Below are positions 28,397 through 38,800 of a stretch of 64,000 bases of DNA, in pieces. Positions within the stretch are counted from its first letter, which is position 1. Each line of letters begins with the position of its first letter. The position numbers and the translations under genes are program-made. The stretch comes from a virus. Its lineage: Duplodnaviria; Caudoviricetes. Under the pieces are notes generated by a model. That model was not told the DNA's origin. It saw only the letters and a program-made list of their open reading frames with translations, and ran no database searches. The stretch lies in IMG/VR virus record IMGVR_UViG_3300027730_000005; one strand, written 5' to 3'.

Positions 28397-28884
28397 TGTT
28401 GTGTCAAACCACGTTCTACTTCAGCTTTGGCCACACGTCGACGTAGACTTGAACTGGAAAAAGAATGATCTCTTTTGTTGAATACTAGTTCGATGCCTCG
28501 TCGACTACCTTCGTCTCGACCAGTAAAATCTTTGTCGCAGTATTCCACGCCCAAGATACGTACATCCACGGGCAGGATCAATAACAGATCAATGAGATCT
28601 TGTTCAGTTTGATACACCACAACTTCGTCCACATAGCGGCAAGCAGCCAATTGTATTTGACGTTCTACTATGCTTTGTACTGGTGAGTTTTTGGTATCTG
28701 GTCGATCTATTGTGGGATCAGTTTGTAGCCCGGCAATGAGATAATCACAGTGGTTCTTGGCTTCACTTAACATGGCAATATGGCCTGCATGAAACATGTC
28801 AAATGCCGAAAAAACAATCCCAATTTTCTTGCCATCCTTCTTGAGCTGTTTGATGTGATTGAAAATCAATTGTGTTGCATCCAC
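28393..28884 (-). CDS. Glycerol-3-phosphate cytidylyltransferase-like protein
   Basis: FDMFHAGH; ER..Q..ACRYVD; R.HSFSSS.LR. Confidence 0.85.
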   Translation of the reverse strand: MDATQLIFNHIKQLKKDGKKIGIVFSAFDMFHAGHIAMLSEAKNHCDYLIAGLQTDPTIDRPDTKNSPVQSIVERQIQLAACRYVDEVVVYQTEQDLIDLLLILPVDVRILGVEYCDKDFTGRDEGSRRGIELVFNKRDHSFSSSSLRRRVAKAEVERGLTQQ

Positions 28885-29267
28885 TCAGGTTTGGCTTCCA
28901 CATGGATTGCTGTGGAGAAAGTGTCATCGTTGGGCTGTTCGTCTGATACCATCATGATATCTTTGGGATCCACACGACGTAGAGTTACCTTGCCGTTTTC
29001 ATCTTCAATATCAATACCTCGAGTCCAACGCCCATGTTCAACACAGATCCATTGCCCAGGAACAACATCTTGTTGCTCAGGGCCCACTGCATACACTTGG
29101 CCCCAGCGCGGGCGAATGCCAGTGCTTTTGCCATTGTCGTTAGGGATAATAATACCACTTGTGGTAATACGTGAATCAAAAACCATGTCACTCACAATCA
29201 CTGAATTTTTCAGTGGTACAATTTGTTGACGTTTTAGTTGGTGTGGCTGAAAAGCAAATTTACTCAT
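28866..29267 (-). CDS. groES: GroES-like co-chaperonin
   Basis: TTSGIIIP mobile loop; GQVYAVGP. Confidence 0.85.
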   Translation of the reverse strand: MSKFAFQPHQLKRQQIVPLKNSVIVSDMVFDSRITTSGIIIPNDNGKSTGIRPRWGQVYAVGPEQQDVVPGQWICVEHGRWTRGIDIEDENGKVTLRRVDPKDIMMVSDEQPNDDTFSTAIHVEAKPEWMQHN

Positions 29268-29669
29268 TTATTCCTCGTTAGGGTGTGTTGCTGCACGAGC
29301 CATGGCAGCAGCCAGGCCTGTTACGGGTTGTTCAACTGGCGGCACTGCACCCTGAGCTCGCAAGGCCTGGCGGTGCAATCTTGCTTGCTCTAGTTTTTCC
29401 TGATCAGCTGCTCGAATGGCTGCAACATCTGCATCTTTTTGTGCTTGTGTGCTGGTAGGAATTGGTTCAGGTGCTGCATTGGTAGTACGATTTAGATTGC
29501 GATTGACCTGTTGTGCTCTAGTAGAGATAATGTTTCCATCAGCATCTAGTTTATCGCCTCGGGCGTTCACTTGCATATTGCCCACCGCTCGCACTTGTTC
29601 ATTTTGTGCTTGTAATGCACCAAAGTCAACAACTCGACCTTGCGCTGTTCTGTAAATTTTCTTTGACAT
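29268..29669 (-). CDS. Hypothetical protein
   Basis: 133 aa; GGAG SD and TAAATA upstream. Confidence 0.75.
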   Translation of the reverse strand: MSKKIYRTAQGRVVDFGALQAQNEQVRAVGNMQVNARGDKLDADGNIISTRAQQVNRNLNRTTNAAPEPIPTSTQAQKDADVAAIRAADQEKLEQARLHRQALRAQGAVPPVEQPVTGLAAAMARAATHPNEE

Positions 29670-29688
29670 AATTGTCTCCTTGAGATAT

Positions 29689-30207
29689 TTAACGCAGGAA
29701 CTCTGCGATATCTAAATTGTAGTGCAGGCTGTCTATTCTATGTACCCCCAATAGATACAACACATAGCTGGCCACTGAGCTCCCACGTCCTACACCCCAA
29801 ATTAGATTGTTTTGTTTCATGATATCTACTAGAAATTTTAGATATTGTAATAGACTAAACAAGTCACGTTCTTGATACAGTAATAGTTCTTCTCCTACAC
29901 GCTGTAATGCTGCTTCAGATTGGCATAGGTTTAACACATGTTCTGCAATGTCTAAGTTTTTGTATTGGTCAGGCATGAGCCAATTGCGTTGGTTTGTATG
30001 ATCAAATTCTTCTACTGTTACATCCTGCAATGCTAGTTTGTTGTATTTTACAAAAGCAGGAATATTTTCCAAAATTACAGCAGATGTTTCTAAATTCACA
30101 GTGGCATCCACCAGCATGCCATCTACTTGCATACTATGCCCACGCATGAGCATGTTTACACAGTCGTCTTCGTTGTAGATCAGTTGACCTAGATGATCAG
30201 TTCTCAT
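29689..30207 (-). CDS. dnaE: Stand-alone fragment of DNA polymerase III alpha
   Basis: WGVGRGSSVASYVLYLLGVHRID motif; start reset to ATG 30207. Confidence 0.8.
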   Translation of the reverse strand: MRTDHLGQLIYNEDDCVNMLMRGHSMQVDGMLVDATVNLETSAVILENIPAFVKYNKLALQDVTVEEFDHTNQRNWLMPDQYKNLDIAEHVLNLCQSEAALQRVGEELLLYQERDLFSLLQYLKFLVDIMKQNNLIWGVGRGSSVASYVLYLLGVHRIDSLHYNLDIAEFLR

Positions 30208-30811
30208 CGCTAGGAAACTTAGCAAATACCACGGTATTGGTAGTAGAGTCAGTAATGGGTGTTGATGTTCCGCTCCACTCAAGATCTAAATCACGCCAAG
30301 CTGGTGTACGATTTAGTTTGACCACTTGTTTTTTGTTGCCTATGGCAGGTTTGAAATTGTTATGGATAGGACCAGCATCAACCCACCAACCTGGCTCATC
30401 ACACGGCCCTAAACTTTCTTGATCGCTGTGCAAGTATCGAACATTGTCTCCAAGGTTACTTTGTATGGTTATGTCTGTTATTATCATTCGTTGTTCTAAA
30501 ATTGCGTTGAGTTTACAGTATAACATAATACCTATCACCTGGTCAATGGGCTCTTCGGGCAATGGAGTAATATTAATACCTGCTGTGGTCAGCGCTTGCA
30601 TCTGTTCTTGATTATCTTGTTTGATAAACACAGTGTTGGTAAGTTCGTTATATACAAAATGATTCAACCGTTCCAAACTGGTCACATGATCGTCTTGATT
30701 GGTGGTGTTGGTATAGATAGACAATTCGGCTGTGTAATCATTGATTTGTAGGCGACCGTCAAACCATATGGCAGCACTCCATGCCATGTCATATTCTAAT
30801 CTTACGTTCAT
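30197..30811 (-). CDS. Hypothetical protein
   Basis: 204-aa ORF. Confidence 0.75.
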   Translation of the reverse strand: MNVRLEYDMAWSAAIWFDGRLQINDYTAELSIYTNTTNQDDHVTSLERLNHFVYNELTNTVFIKQDNQEQMQALTTAGINITPLPEEPIDQVIGIMLYCKLNAILEQRMIITDITIQSNLGDNVRYLHSDQESLGPCDEPGWWVDAGPIHNNFKPAIGNKKQVVKLNRTPAWRDLDLEWSGTSTPITDSTTNTVVFAKFPSDEN

Positions 30812-31047
30812 GATATATCAATCTTGTTGTTAAATGAGTTGTTTTCGCCTGGTGGCGGTGAGTTCAGCGCCATCATTTTTTGTTGATGTTTACCAGTATA
30901 GCTTGCCAATGCCATGCGAATTTGGTCACAGAGATAGCTATTGCCCATCCTATGCGCTATGCTGAGTTTTTTATGTAGTTCAGAAATTTTTGACCCTAGT
31001 TGTTCTAAGGTCAAATCTTCTAAATTGTTGATAAACGGGTGTTCCAT
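30808..31047 (-). CDS. Hypothetical protein
   Basis: 79 aa; GGAG SD. Confidence 0.7.
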   Translation of the reverse strand: MEHPFINNLEDLTLEQLGSKISELHKKLSIAHRMGNSYLCDQIRMALASYTGKHQQKMMALNSPPPGENNSFNNKIDIS

Positions 31048-31099
31048 TTGACTCCTTGCTGATTAAGTTTACAGCAACAGTCGGCTAAAGTCAACGCAT

Positions 31100-31996
31100 T
31101 TAGGCAAATACAGTTCCGTTGTTGCCAATACAGAACCATTTGTTGTTGATGTATTGCAATGTTACTGCACTACCAATGGTGTTGAATGTGATAGTCCCTG
31201 TACCAGAAGTTTTCCATCCAGCATTGGTTACGGTGACCACCATGTCCCCTGCATTGGCCAACATCATGATAGTTTTGATTTGACCGTTATAGCCAGCTGC
31301 TAACGTGGCAGTTGCAGCACCTCCACTAGTGGCAAAATATGTAGCTGTGGTAGTGATATTAATGGCACCTAATGCTCCACTACCTGTGCCAAGATTTTGA
31401 GTGCTGGGTAGATAAATTGGATCCTGGTTCTGACTAGAATCAAATACCGAAATAGTAGTACCGCCATTGCTGGTAGTGAAATCGTATGTGTATGTTCCTG
31501 TCTTATTATAAGTGATCACTCCGGCGTTATACCCTTGTAGATTACTGGTTCCCACGCTGACAGTATTGGGTAACGTAACAGTATAACCAATATTAGTTAC
31601 TGTGATTTCCACACGAACTATACCAAAATTACCAGCTGCTGGAAAGTTGGTAAATGCCAAAGATATTGATCCACTGGTGGTCACAGTTTGATAGTGCCCG
31701 TCAACATAATCAATGGTCACTGAGCCTGATTGATTGCCTAGCTGGGCTACTATTGCACTGAAATCAGAAATGTTGGCATTACTTAATGGGCTGCCAGCCA
31801 TGTCGTTGTCCAATACAGTGCCTACTAATGCTGCTTTAAGCACTGCTTTGCTTTGAAGATCAGTAATTTCATTGGCTGCATACTGAAAGTTAGTTTTGGT
31901 ATTGGTGAAGTTGTCACGAAAACCTTGACTGTTGTTATCTTGTCCGGCTACTGGATAGGTGCCGTCGATGTCGTTTGGGTTAATTGCACTGGTCAT
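31100..31996 (-). CDS. Putative virion structural protein
   Basis: T/G/N-rich; lies in structural cluster. Confidence 0.7.
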   Translation of the reverse strand: MTSAINPNDIDGTYPVAGQDNNSQGFRDNFTNTKTNFQYAANEITDLQSKAVLKAALVGTVLDNDMAGSPLSNANISDFSAIVAQLGNQSGSVTIDYVDGHYQTVTTSGSISLAFTNFPAAGNFGIVRVEITVTNIGYTVTLPNTVSVGTSNLQGYNAGVITYNKTGTYTYDFTTSNGGTTISVFDSSQNQDPIYLPSTQNLGTGSGALGAINITTTATYFATSGGAATATLAAGYNGQIKTIMMLANAGDMVVTVTNAGWKTSGTGTITFNTIGSAVTLQYINNKWFCIGNNGTVFA

Positions 31997-32005
31997 ATGT
32001 TTGTC

Positions 32006-34873
32006 CTACACTAAAATGTTCCTACGGGGAAATACTAGATATTTATCGAATGCATCTGTGTTGGTATAGATATCAACAGGTGCTTCGAATCTCATACTAG
32101 TGGCGTCAAATGTTGTTTCAATTCCAGATCCGATTACCAGATCAAACTGGGCACCTGTACCTGTTCCTATTATGTTGGTACTAGATATATTGTTGAATGC
32201 CTTATTCAAAGCCCAGTTGTTATATGTACCTGATCCCACTGTGGCCGTGACAAATACAACCAAATTACCAGTTACTGCAGAGTACGAGGTAACTGCTCCA
32301 AACATGTAATTGGATTGATCGTACGCAATAGTCAGGTACTGTCCTATAGAATAAGGCATTCCTGGACTTACGTTTAAATTTTTAGAACCGTTGCCCAGGG
32401 TCAAGCTGGTATTGCTAACTGTACTGTATTGAATCAATAACGGGGCAGTACCAGTATAATTTACTGTGGTTATTGCACCAGTTGTAGTGTTTATATCTTG
32501 AACATTAATGATTACATCATTTAAAACATCTGTGCCGCTTAGATCACTGCCCTGGATCAGTATCTTGTCACCAATATTGTATCCAGTTCCACCATTTGCA
32601 ATTGATATAATCACATAATGAAGTAACAAATCAAACGTAGTTTCGGCACCCGGGGGTACCCATGCACCGTGAGTTGAGTCTGCAATCGGATCCCAATTTA
32701 TACTGAGTAGTCTATCTAGTTCATAACGATCAACTTCAAAATCAACCAGATTAAGTTGTTGACCAAACTGAGTTCTTACATTATATGCAATTTGTCCCGA
32801 AGTTCCGGGGTTGCAATAGGCTATGACCCAGGCCGGAGTAAATCCTAATACTTTTCCATCTGCTTGCTTGCTCAACATCCACAACGGCAACAAGTTTGAA
32901 ATTTGCCCAACTACATCAATCACTTGATTACGCATGTTGTCCAAGCTGTTGGGATACACTGTGGCAATCTCTGTGCTGTCACCTGCATTGATTGGATAAG
33001 GCAGTGTGACTTGTTTACTCACGCTGATACCTGAATTATTAACCAAATTATCTTGTATAGCACTATAAACTACTTCATAAATCACATTTCCAGTTGCGGG
33101 ATCTATGGCTTGAGCTGTTTTAATTTCGCCTAGTATTAAGTTTTTCCAGTAATGATTTTCAATCAAACTACTGATATACAGTTCATAAGTCGAACTGGTC
33201 AACCCAAAGCAATGATCATAAATTACTGAAGTTGCTATCCCAAAGTTAGGATCTTGAGATCTAAATATCTTGTCTGGTGGAAATATATCTGAATTTTGAA
33301 TCAAACTGTTGATCAATGCACGATTTGAATATGGTGGCATTGCTTTGATATAGAGATTTTCGTACGGCTCGTTGTACACTCGTAACACTTTTACTGTGAA
33401 TGTTTTGAACACAGATATTTGTCCGTCGGAGGAAAATGCATTTACTGTGAATGTGAATTGACTATCAAATGTGGTCTCTTGTGGAGATTGAATTAGATTG
33501 GTGCGTAATTCTTTATCAAAAGTAGTAGTTCCTAGATCCAACGCAAAAGTATTAAAACTCACACGGCCGGCAATTTCTCCTGATGGCAATAATGATAATC
33601 CCTGTGGCAACTTATTGTAAAATCCTGGCACGTAATCAGTAGGAGGAATTGCACCCGGACGTAGTCGATACTGCAATGAACGTCCACCAGTGTTAACTGC
33701 TTGAACTTGTAATAAACTAGTTGATCCGTTGATTATACTACCAAGATCTGAATCTGTGAGCCATATTACTTGTGTTTCTACCTGGCCAGTTATGGTCACA
33801 CTGAAATAGTATGGATCAGAATTTATCACTGGGTCGGCTGTATCTATTAGATAGATAGCAAAGTTATATGTGATTTCTGTAATGCCCAAATCTGGCAGAT
33901 ATCCATACAACCAACCAGTGAATGGATCAAGTGTAGTACCCGGCGGTAATTGTAATCCAACGCCTGGATATTCCAAGTATTCAATTGTATAAGGACCAAA
34001 TGTTAATCCTTTGAATTGATATGCCCAGAAGTTGTCTGAACGAACTACACCAAGATCGCTTGGTGTGGCATTGGTCAAGAATGGCGAATAATTAGGAGTC
34101 TGTGATGCATCAACAAAAGTGTCATCTGAGGTGATGTCTGTGGTGGATGCTTGCAGAGTAGTTCTACTGTATACATAAATTTGATAATTTCTCAAATCAC
34201 TACTTTTACCATCAGTTACACGTAATGTGAATTGGTAATTGGTATTGGGACTTTGTCTAACAAAGTCAAACGGAAACATATCAAAGTTTTGTTGAAATCT
34301 ATCAAACCCGCCAGTTTCGTTAATGGGATTAACTGGAATAATATATCCAGTAATGAGCCCTTGAGTGCTGATAGATAGTCCTGGTGGTAATGTGCCTGCT
34401 GCCACAGTTATAATTGTGGTATCGCCGGGGTCTGGGTCAGAAATTTGTATTTGTATAGGATCAATAGGAGTTCCATCATAGAAGGTTCCTACATTGCCAG
34501 TGGGGGTGATAAATTGAGGAGGGTTTTGTCCAGTCACTGTGAGACTGAATGTGCGATCCGCCAGTCGATCAATTACCACCTGTCCCAATACTGTTTTTTT
34601 AGTGTAGGCACGTATAGCAAACACACTTGTGGTATCTGAATTCACCGGCAACGGAACTCCTTGAATGTTAGCAACAGCTTGTGGTGTTCCAGAAATTACG
34701 CCAGATGAATTGCATTGTATACCGGGCGGCAGTTGCCCTGCTAGCAAAACATAAAATACTTCGTTACCTGATGGGTCCGCTGGGTCATATGCCACCAATG
34801 GTACCTGATAAAAAATACCTTCTGGTATGGTACCTAAACTTCCGGTATCAGTGACCCAAACTGGTTGTGCCAT
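32006..34873 (-). CDS. Putative baseplate/virion protein with putative-Ig repeats
   Basis: Repeated LPPG(L/I)..G.I.G motifs. Confidence 0.75.
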   Translation of the reverse strand: MAQPVWVTDTGSLGTIPEGIFYQVPLVAYDPADPSGNEVFYVLLAGQLPPGIQCNSSGVISGTPQAVANIQGVPLPVNSDTTSVFAIRAYTKKTVLGQVVIDRLADRTFSLTVTGQNPPQFITPTGNVGTFYDGTPIDPIQIQISDPDPGDTTIITVAAGTLPPGLSISTQGLITGYIIPVNPINETGGFDRFQQNFDMFPFDFVRQSPNTNYQFTLRVTDGKSSDLRNYQIYVYSRTTLQASTTDITSDDTFVDASQTPNYSPFLTNATPSDLGVVRSDNFWAYQFKGLTFGPYTIEYLEYPGVGLQLPPGTTLDPFTGWLYGYLPDLGITEITYNFAIYLIDTADPVINSDPYYFSVTITGQVETQVIWLTDSDLGSIINGSTSLLQVQAVNTGGRSLQYRLRPGAIPPTDYVPGFYNKLPQGLSLLPSGEIAGRVSFNTFALDLGTTTFDKELRTNLIQSPQETTFDSQFTFTVNAFSSDGQISVFKTFTVKVLRVYNEPYENLYIKAMPPYSNRALINSLIQNSDIFPPDKIFRSQDPNFGIATSVIYDHCFGLTSSTYELYISSLIENHYWKNLILGEIKTAQAIDPATGNVIYEVVYSAIQDNLVNNSGISVSKQVTLPYPINAGDSTEIATVYPNSLDNMRNQVIDVVGQISNLLPLWMLSKQADGKVLGFTPAWVIAYCNPGTSGQIAYNVRTQFGQQLNLVDFEVDRYELDRLLSINWDPIADSTHGAWVPPGAETTFDLLLHYVIISIANGGTGYNIGDKILIQGSDLSGTDVLNDVIINVQDINTTTGAITTVNYTGTAPLLIQYSTVSNTSLTLGNGSKNLNVSPGMPYSIGQYLTIAYDQSNYMFGAVTSYSAVTGNLVVFVTATVGSGTYNNWALNKAFNNISSTNIIGTGTGAQFDLVIGSGIETTFDATSMRFEAPVDIYTNTDAFDKYLVFPRRNILV

Positions 34874-34877
34874 GATT

Positions 34878-35651
34878 TTACATTCTTCCTACAACAATTT
34901 CTATTTTGCCATTCTTGCCATTAAAATTTTCTAATGCTTTACCAATCACTGTGCCCATTGTCGGCGTAGAACAGGCTTGAGCGTATCCGTTGCCAGCAGA
35001 TACCATCATGTCTCCCTTGACCACCGGACCATGCACCAACGTGGGAACACGACCAGTTAATGCCACTATGGCTCTGTGGTCAGCAGTGAGTCCGTTATTC
35101 ATCAAGTAACTGGGATTTTCAGATATCACCCCAGCTACTCTAGGATCTCCTGACTTCTGAGTTAATGTGACTTCTTTGTCACCGCCAAATACCACCACAG
35201 TACCAGGTGAATAGTCTGCATCCGCTTCGTAAACTTCGGCCAGGTCAGCATACAATGCTGTGGTTGCTTGTGCAAATACTCGATTGAAATATGAACTGGT
35301 TGATCCAATGTTGCCCACAGAATTGGCAGCACCATTTACAATGGCTGTGGCTTGGGCACCACCGCTATTCACAGTAAGTGCAGTGGTCATTGCCACACTG
35401 GACCCAGAGATACCGCCAGTGACTGATACTGTAGTTCCTGCAATAGTGCCGGCACTCACAGTACCAGTTGTACTTAAATTTCCACCAGTGACTGTGCCTG
35501 TTGCAGATACTGTGGTAGCATTCTGAGTTATAAAAGCACCCAACGTGGTGACTGATACCTTATAGGTGCTACCAGAAAAATCAACTGGGGCTACAGTGGC
35601 TCCGTCAATGGTTACCGTTTCTGTTAATCCAGATATGCTTGTGGTTGCCAT
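34878..35651 (-). CDS. Short tail-fibre-like protein with chaperone-like C-terminal domain
   Basis: [25 protein letters not shown]-terminus shared with 35813..40381. Confidence 0.75.
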   Translation of the reverse strand: MATTSISGLTETVTIDGATVAPVDFSGSTYKVSVTTLGAFITQNATTVSATGTVTGGNLSTTGTVSAGTIAGTTVSVTGGISGSSVAMTTALTVNSGGAQATAIVNGAANSVGNIGSTSSYFNRVFAQATTALYADLAEVYEADADYSPGTVVVFGGDKEVTLTQKSGDPRVAGVISENPSYLMNNGLTADHRAIVALTGRVPTLVHGPVVKGDMMVSAGNGYAQACSTPTMGTVIGKALENFNGKNGKIEIVVGRM

Positions 35652-35661
35652 GCGTATTTCC

Positions 35662-35802
35662 TTAAATGGTGATCAACAAGTCACCAGACAGAGTGGTAAT
35701 ATTTAACCCACTGATGGTGACAATTTCTGTTCCAGGTGGCGGCCCACCTTGTATACTCCATCCACTGGCTATTCTCCATCCTCTTCCTATGTTTATACCC
35801 AT
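35662..35802 (-). CDS. Small hypothetical protein (46 aa; not in ORF track)
   Basis: MGINIGRGWRIASGWSIQGG...LITI*; AAGGA SD; fills the intergenic gap. Confidence 0.6.
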   Translation of the reverse strand: MGINIGRGWRIASGWSIQGGPPPGTEIVTISGLNITTLSGDLLITI

Positions 35803-35812
35803 TTTATTTTCC

Positions 35813-38800
35813 TTATAATCTTCCTACTACAATTTCTATCATACCTTCAAGGCCTGTGAAATCTTCCAATGACTTACCAATGATAGATCCTGACAATGGA
35901 TTTTCTTCTGCACGAGCTCGGCCATTGCCAGCAGATACCATCATGTCTCCTTTGGATACATTTCCAACTACCAGAGTTAGCACACGACCAGTTAATGCTA
36001 CTATGGCTCTGTGGTCAGCAGTGAGTCCGTTATTCATCAAATAACTGGGATTTTCAGATATCACCCCAGCCACACGACGACTTGAATCAACGGTGCTTAT
36101 TGTAACTTCTTTGTTGCCGCCAAATACCATCACAGTACCTGGTGAATAATCTGCATCAGCTTCGTATACCTCAGCCAAGTCAGCATACAATGCGGTGGCT
36201 GCTTGTGCAAATACTCGATTGAAATATCCAGTTGCGGAGCCAATATTTCCTACAAGATTTCCAGCAGCATTTACAATTCCAATTGCACCACCACTAGAAT
36301 TTACACTCAATGCTCCTGTAAGACTAAAGTTACCGCCGTTATCAAGAATAGCTTTTGCATTTGCAGTAGTTGCACGGCTAGCAGTTCCTAAGTATAGTAT
36401 ATTTGTGTTGCCAAGTAGCCATGGGCCACTAGACTGAAATCTCACCTCGTTGTTGGCAGCAGACAAAATCATAGGACCATCAACTGACAGTTTAAATCCT
36501 GCTGTTGCTGATCCAACTATTATATTACCACTGCCAGTGATGTTACCTGTTGATGATATACCGCCACCAGTTATAGTACCTGTGCCTGAAATTGCACCGC
36601 CGGCACCAGTTGTAACAATACCAGCGGATGTAAGATTTCCAGTTACAGATACTGCACTACCCAGTAGACTTGTTCCAGTAACATTACTAGCTGCTGATAT
36701 AAGTCCACTAGATATTAAATTACCACCTGTAATATTACCCGTAGCTGATATAGTAGTAGCAGCTGACACAGCCCCAGTTGCACTAATAAATCCTCCGAGT
36801 ACCAATCCTCCAGTGCTGAACACAGCAATATTACCAACACCACCAATTGTGATATTTGCATTGCCGCCCGGCGTACCAATATTGACCTCGGATGTACCAT
36901 TGACAATTTTGACACTAACACCTTGTGTACCTTGAGCACCAATCACACCCTGCGTACCTTGAGCACCAGTTGTGCCCTGTGCTCCTATACCGGCAAAAGA
37001 CCCTGATATGCCTTGTACGCCTTGTACACCTTGCCCAGCAAATTGACCATCACGACCTTGTACACCTTGTACACCTTGCCCGGCAAACAAACCAGATGTA
37101 CCTTGAGCACCAGTTACGCCTTGTACACCTTGACCGGCAAATTGACCATCAAGACCTTGTACGCCTTGTACACCTTGCCCAGCAAACAAACCAGATGTAC
37201 CTTGCACACCTTGCACACCTTGACCGGCAAATTGACCATCACGACCTTGTACACCTTGTACACCTTGCCCAGCAAACAAACCAGATGTACCTTGAGCGCC
37301 AGTTACACCTTGAACACCTTGACCGGCAAATTGACCATCAAGACCTTGTACGCCTTGTACACCTTGCCCAGCAAACAAACCAGATGTACCTTGAACGCCT
37401 TGTACGCCTTGAACACCTTGCCCAGCAAATTGACCATCACGACCTTGCACACCTTGTACGCCTTGTACGCCTTGTACACCTTGACCGGCAAATTGACCAT
37501 CACGACCTTGTACGCCTTGTACACCTTGTCCGGCAAACAAACCATCTGTACCTTGCACACCTTGCACACCCTGAGCACCAGTTGTACCTTGAGCACCAAT
37601 TAAACCTTGTGAACCTTGAACACCTTGTACGCCTTGTACACCTTGACCGGCAAATTGACCATCAAGACCTTGTACGCCTTGAACACCTTGTCCGGCAAAC
37701 AAACCAGATAAACCTTGTGTGCCTTGTGCAGCTTGTACGCCTTGTACGCCTTGTGTACCCTGAGCACCAATTAAACCTTGTGAACCTTGAACACCTTGTA
37801 CGCCTTGTACACCTTGACCGGCAAATTGACCATCAAGACCTTGTACGCCTTGAACACCTTGTCCGGCGAACAAACCAGATATACCTTGCACACCTTGCAC
37901 ACCTTGCACACCTTGCACGCCTTGTGTACCTTGAGCACCAATTAAGCCTTGCACACCTTGTGTACCTTGCGCAGCTTGTACACCCTGTACACCCTGTACA
38001 CCTTGAACACCCTGAACGCCTTGGCTGCCTTGTACGCCTTGAACACCTTGACCGGCAAATTGACCATCAAGACCTTGTACGCCTTGTACACCTTGACCAG
38101 CAAACAAACCAGATATACCTTGCACACCCTGTACGCCTTGCACACCCTGGAGACCCTGTACGCCTTGTGTACCCTGAACGCCTTGTACACCTTGTGTGCC
38201 TTGCGCAGCTTGTACGCCTTGCACACCCTGTACGCCTTGGAGACCTTCAACACCTTGTACACCTTGCACCCCTTGTGTACCTTGCGCAGCTTGCACACCT
38301 TGTACACCTTGAACACCCTGAACGCCTTGGCTGCCTTGTACGCCTTGTACACCTTGACCGGCAAATTGACCATCAAGACCTTGTACGCCTTGTACACCTT
38401 GCCCAGCGAACAAACCATCAAGACCTTGCACACCTTGCACACCTTGCACACCTTGTATGCCTTGTACGCCCTGAACGCCTTGTACACCTTGTGTGCCTTG
38501 CGCAGCTTGTACACCTTGTACTCCTTGTACTCCCTGTACGCCTTGTACGCCTTGTGTGCCTTGTACACCCTGTACACCTTGTGCTCCAGATCCTGCTACT
38601 GCTGCACCATTGGCATAGGTAAATCCAGCTGCTTGCACATTTCCCACAGCAGTTATTACTCCACCAGTAGTGATATTGCCAGTAGCAGTTATTTGTGCAG
38701 CACTTTGGATGTTACCCACGGCTGTAACTAATCCGTTAGTTCGTAAGTTATCACCTTGAATATTACCTGTAGCTGAGATATTACCAGCCAAGATATTACC

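Noticed and set aside
36930-38585. Possible CRISPR-like array
   Set aside because: No unique spacers; this is an in-frame coding repeat.
36925-38731. Long alternative-frame ORFs (565, 260, 211, 196 aa)
   Set aside because: By-products of the stop-free 9-bp collagen repeat; they have low-complexity translations.
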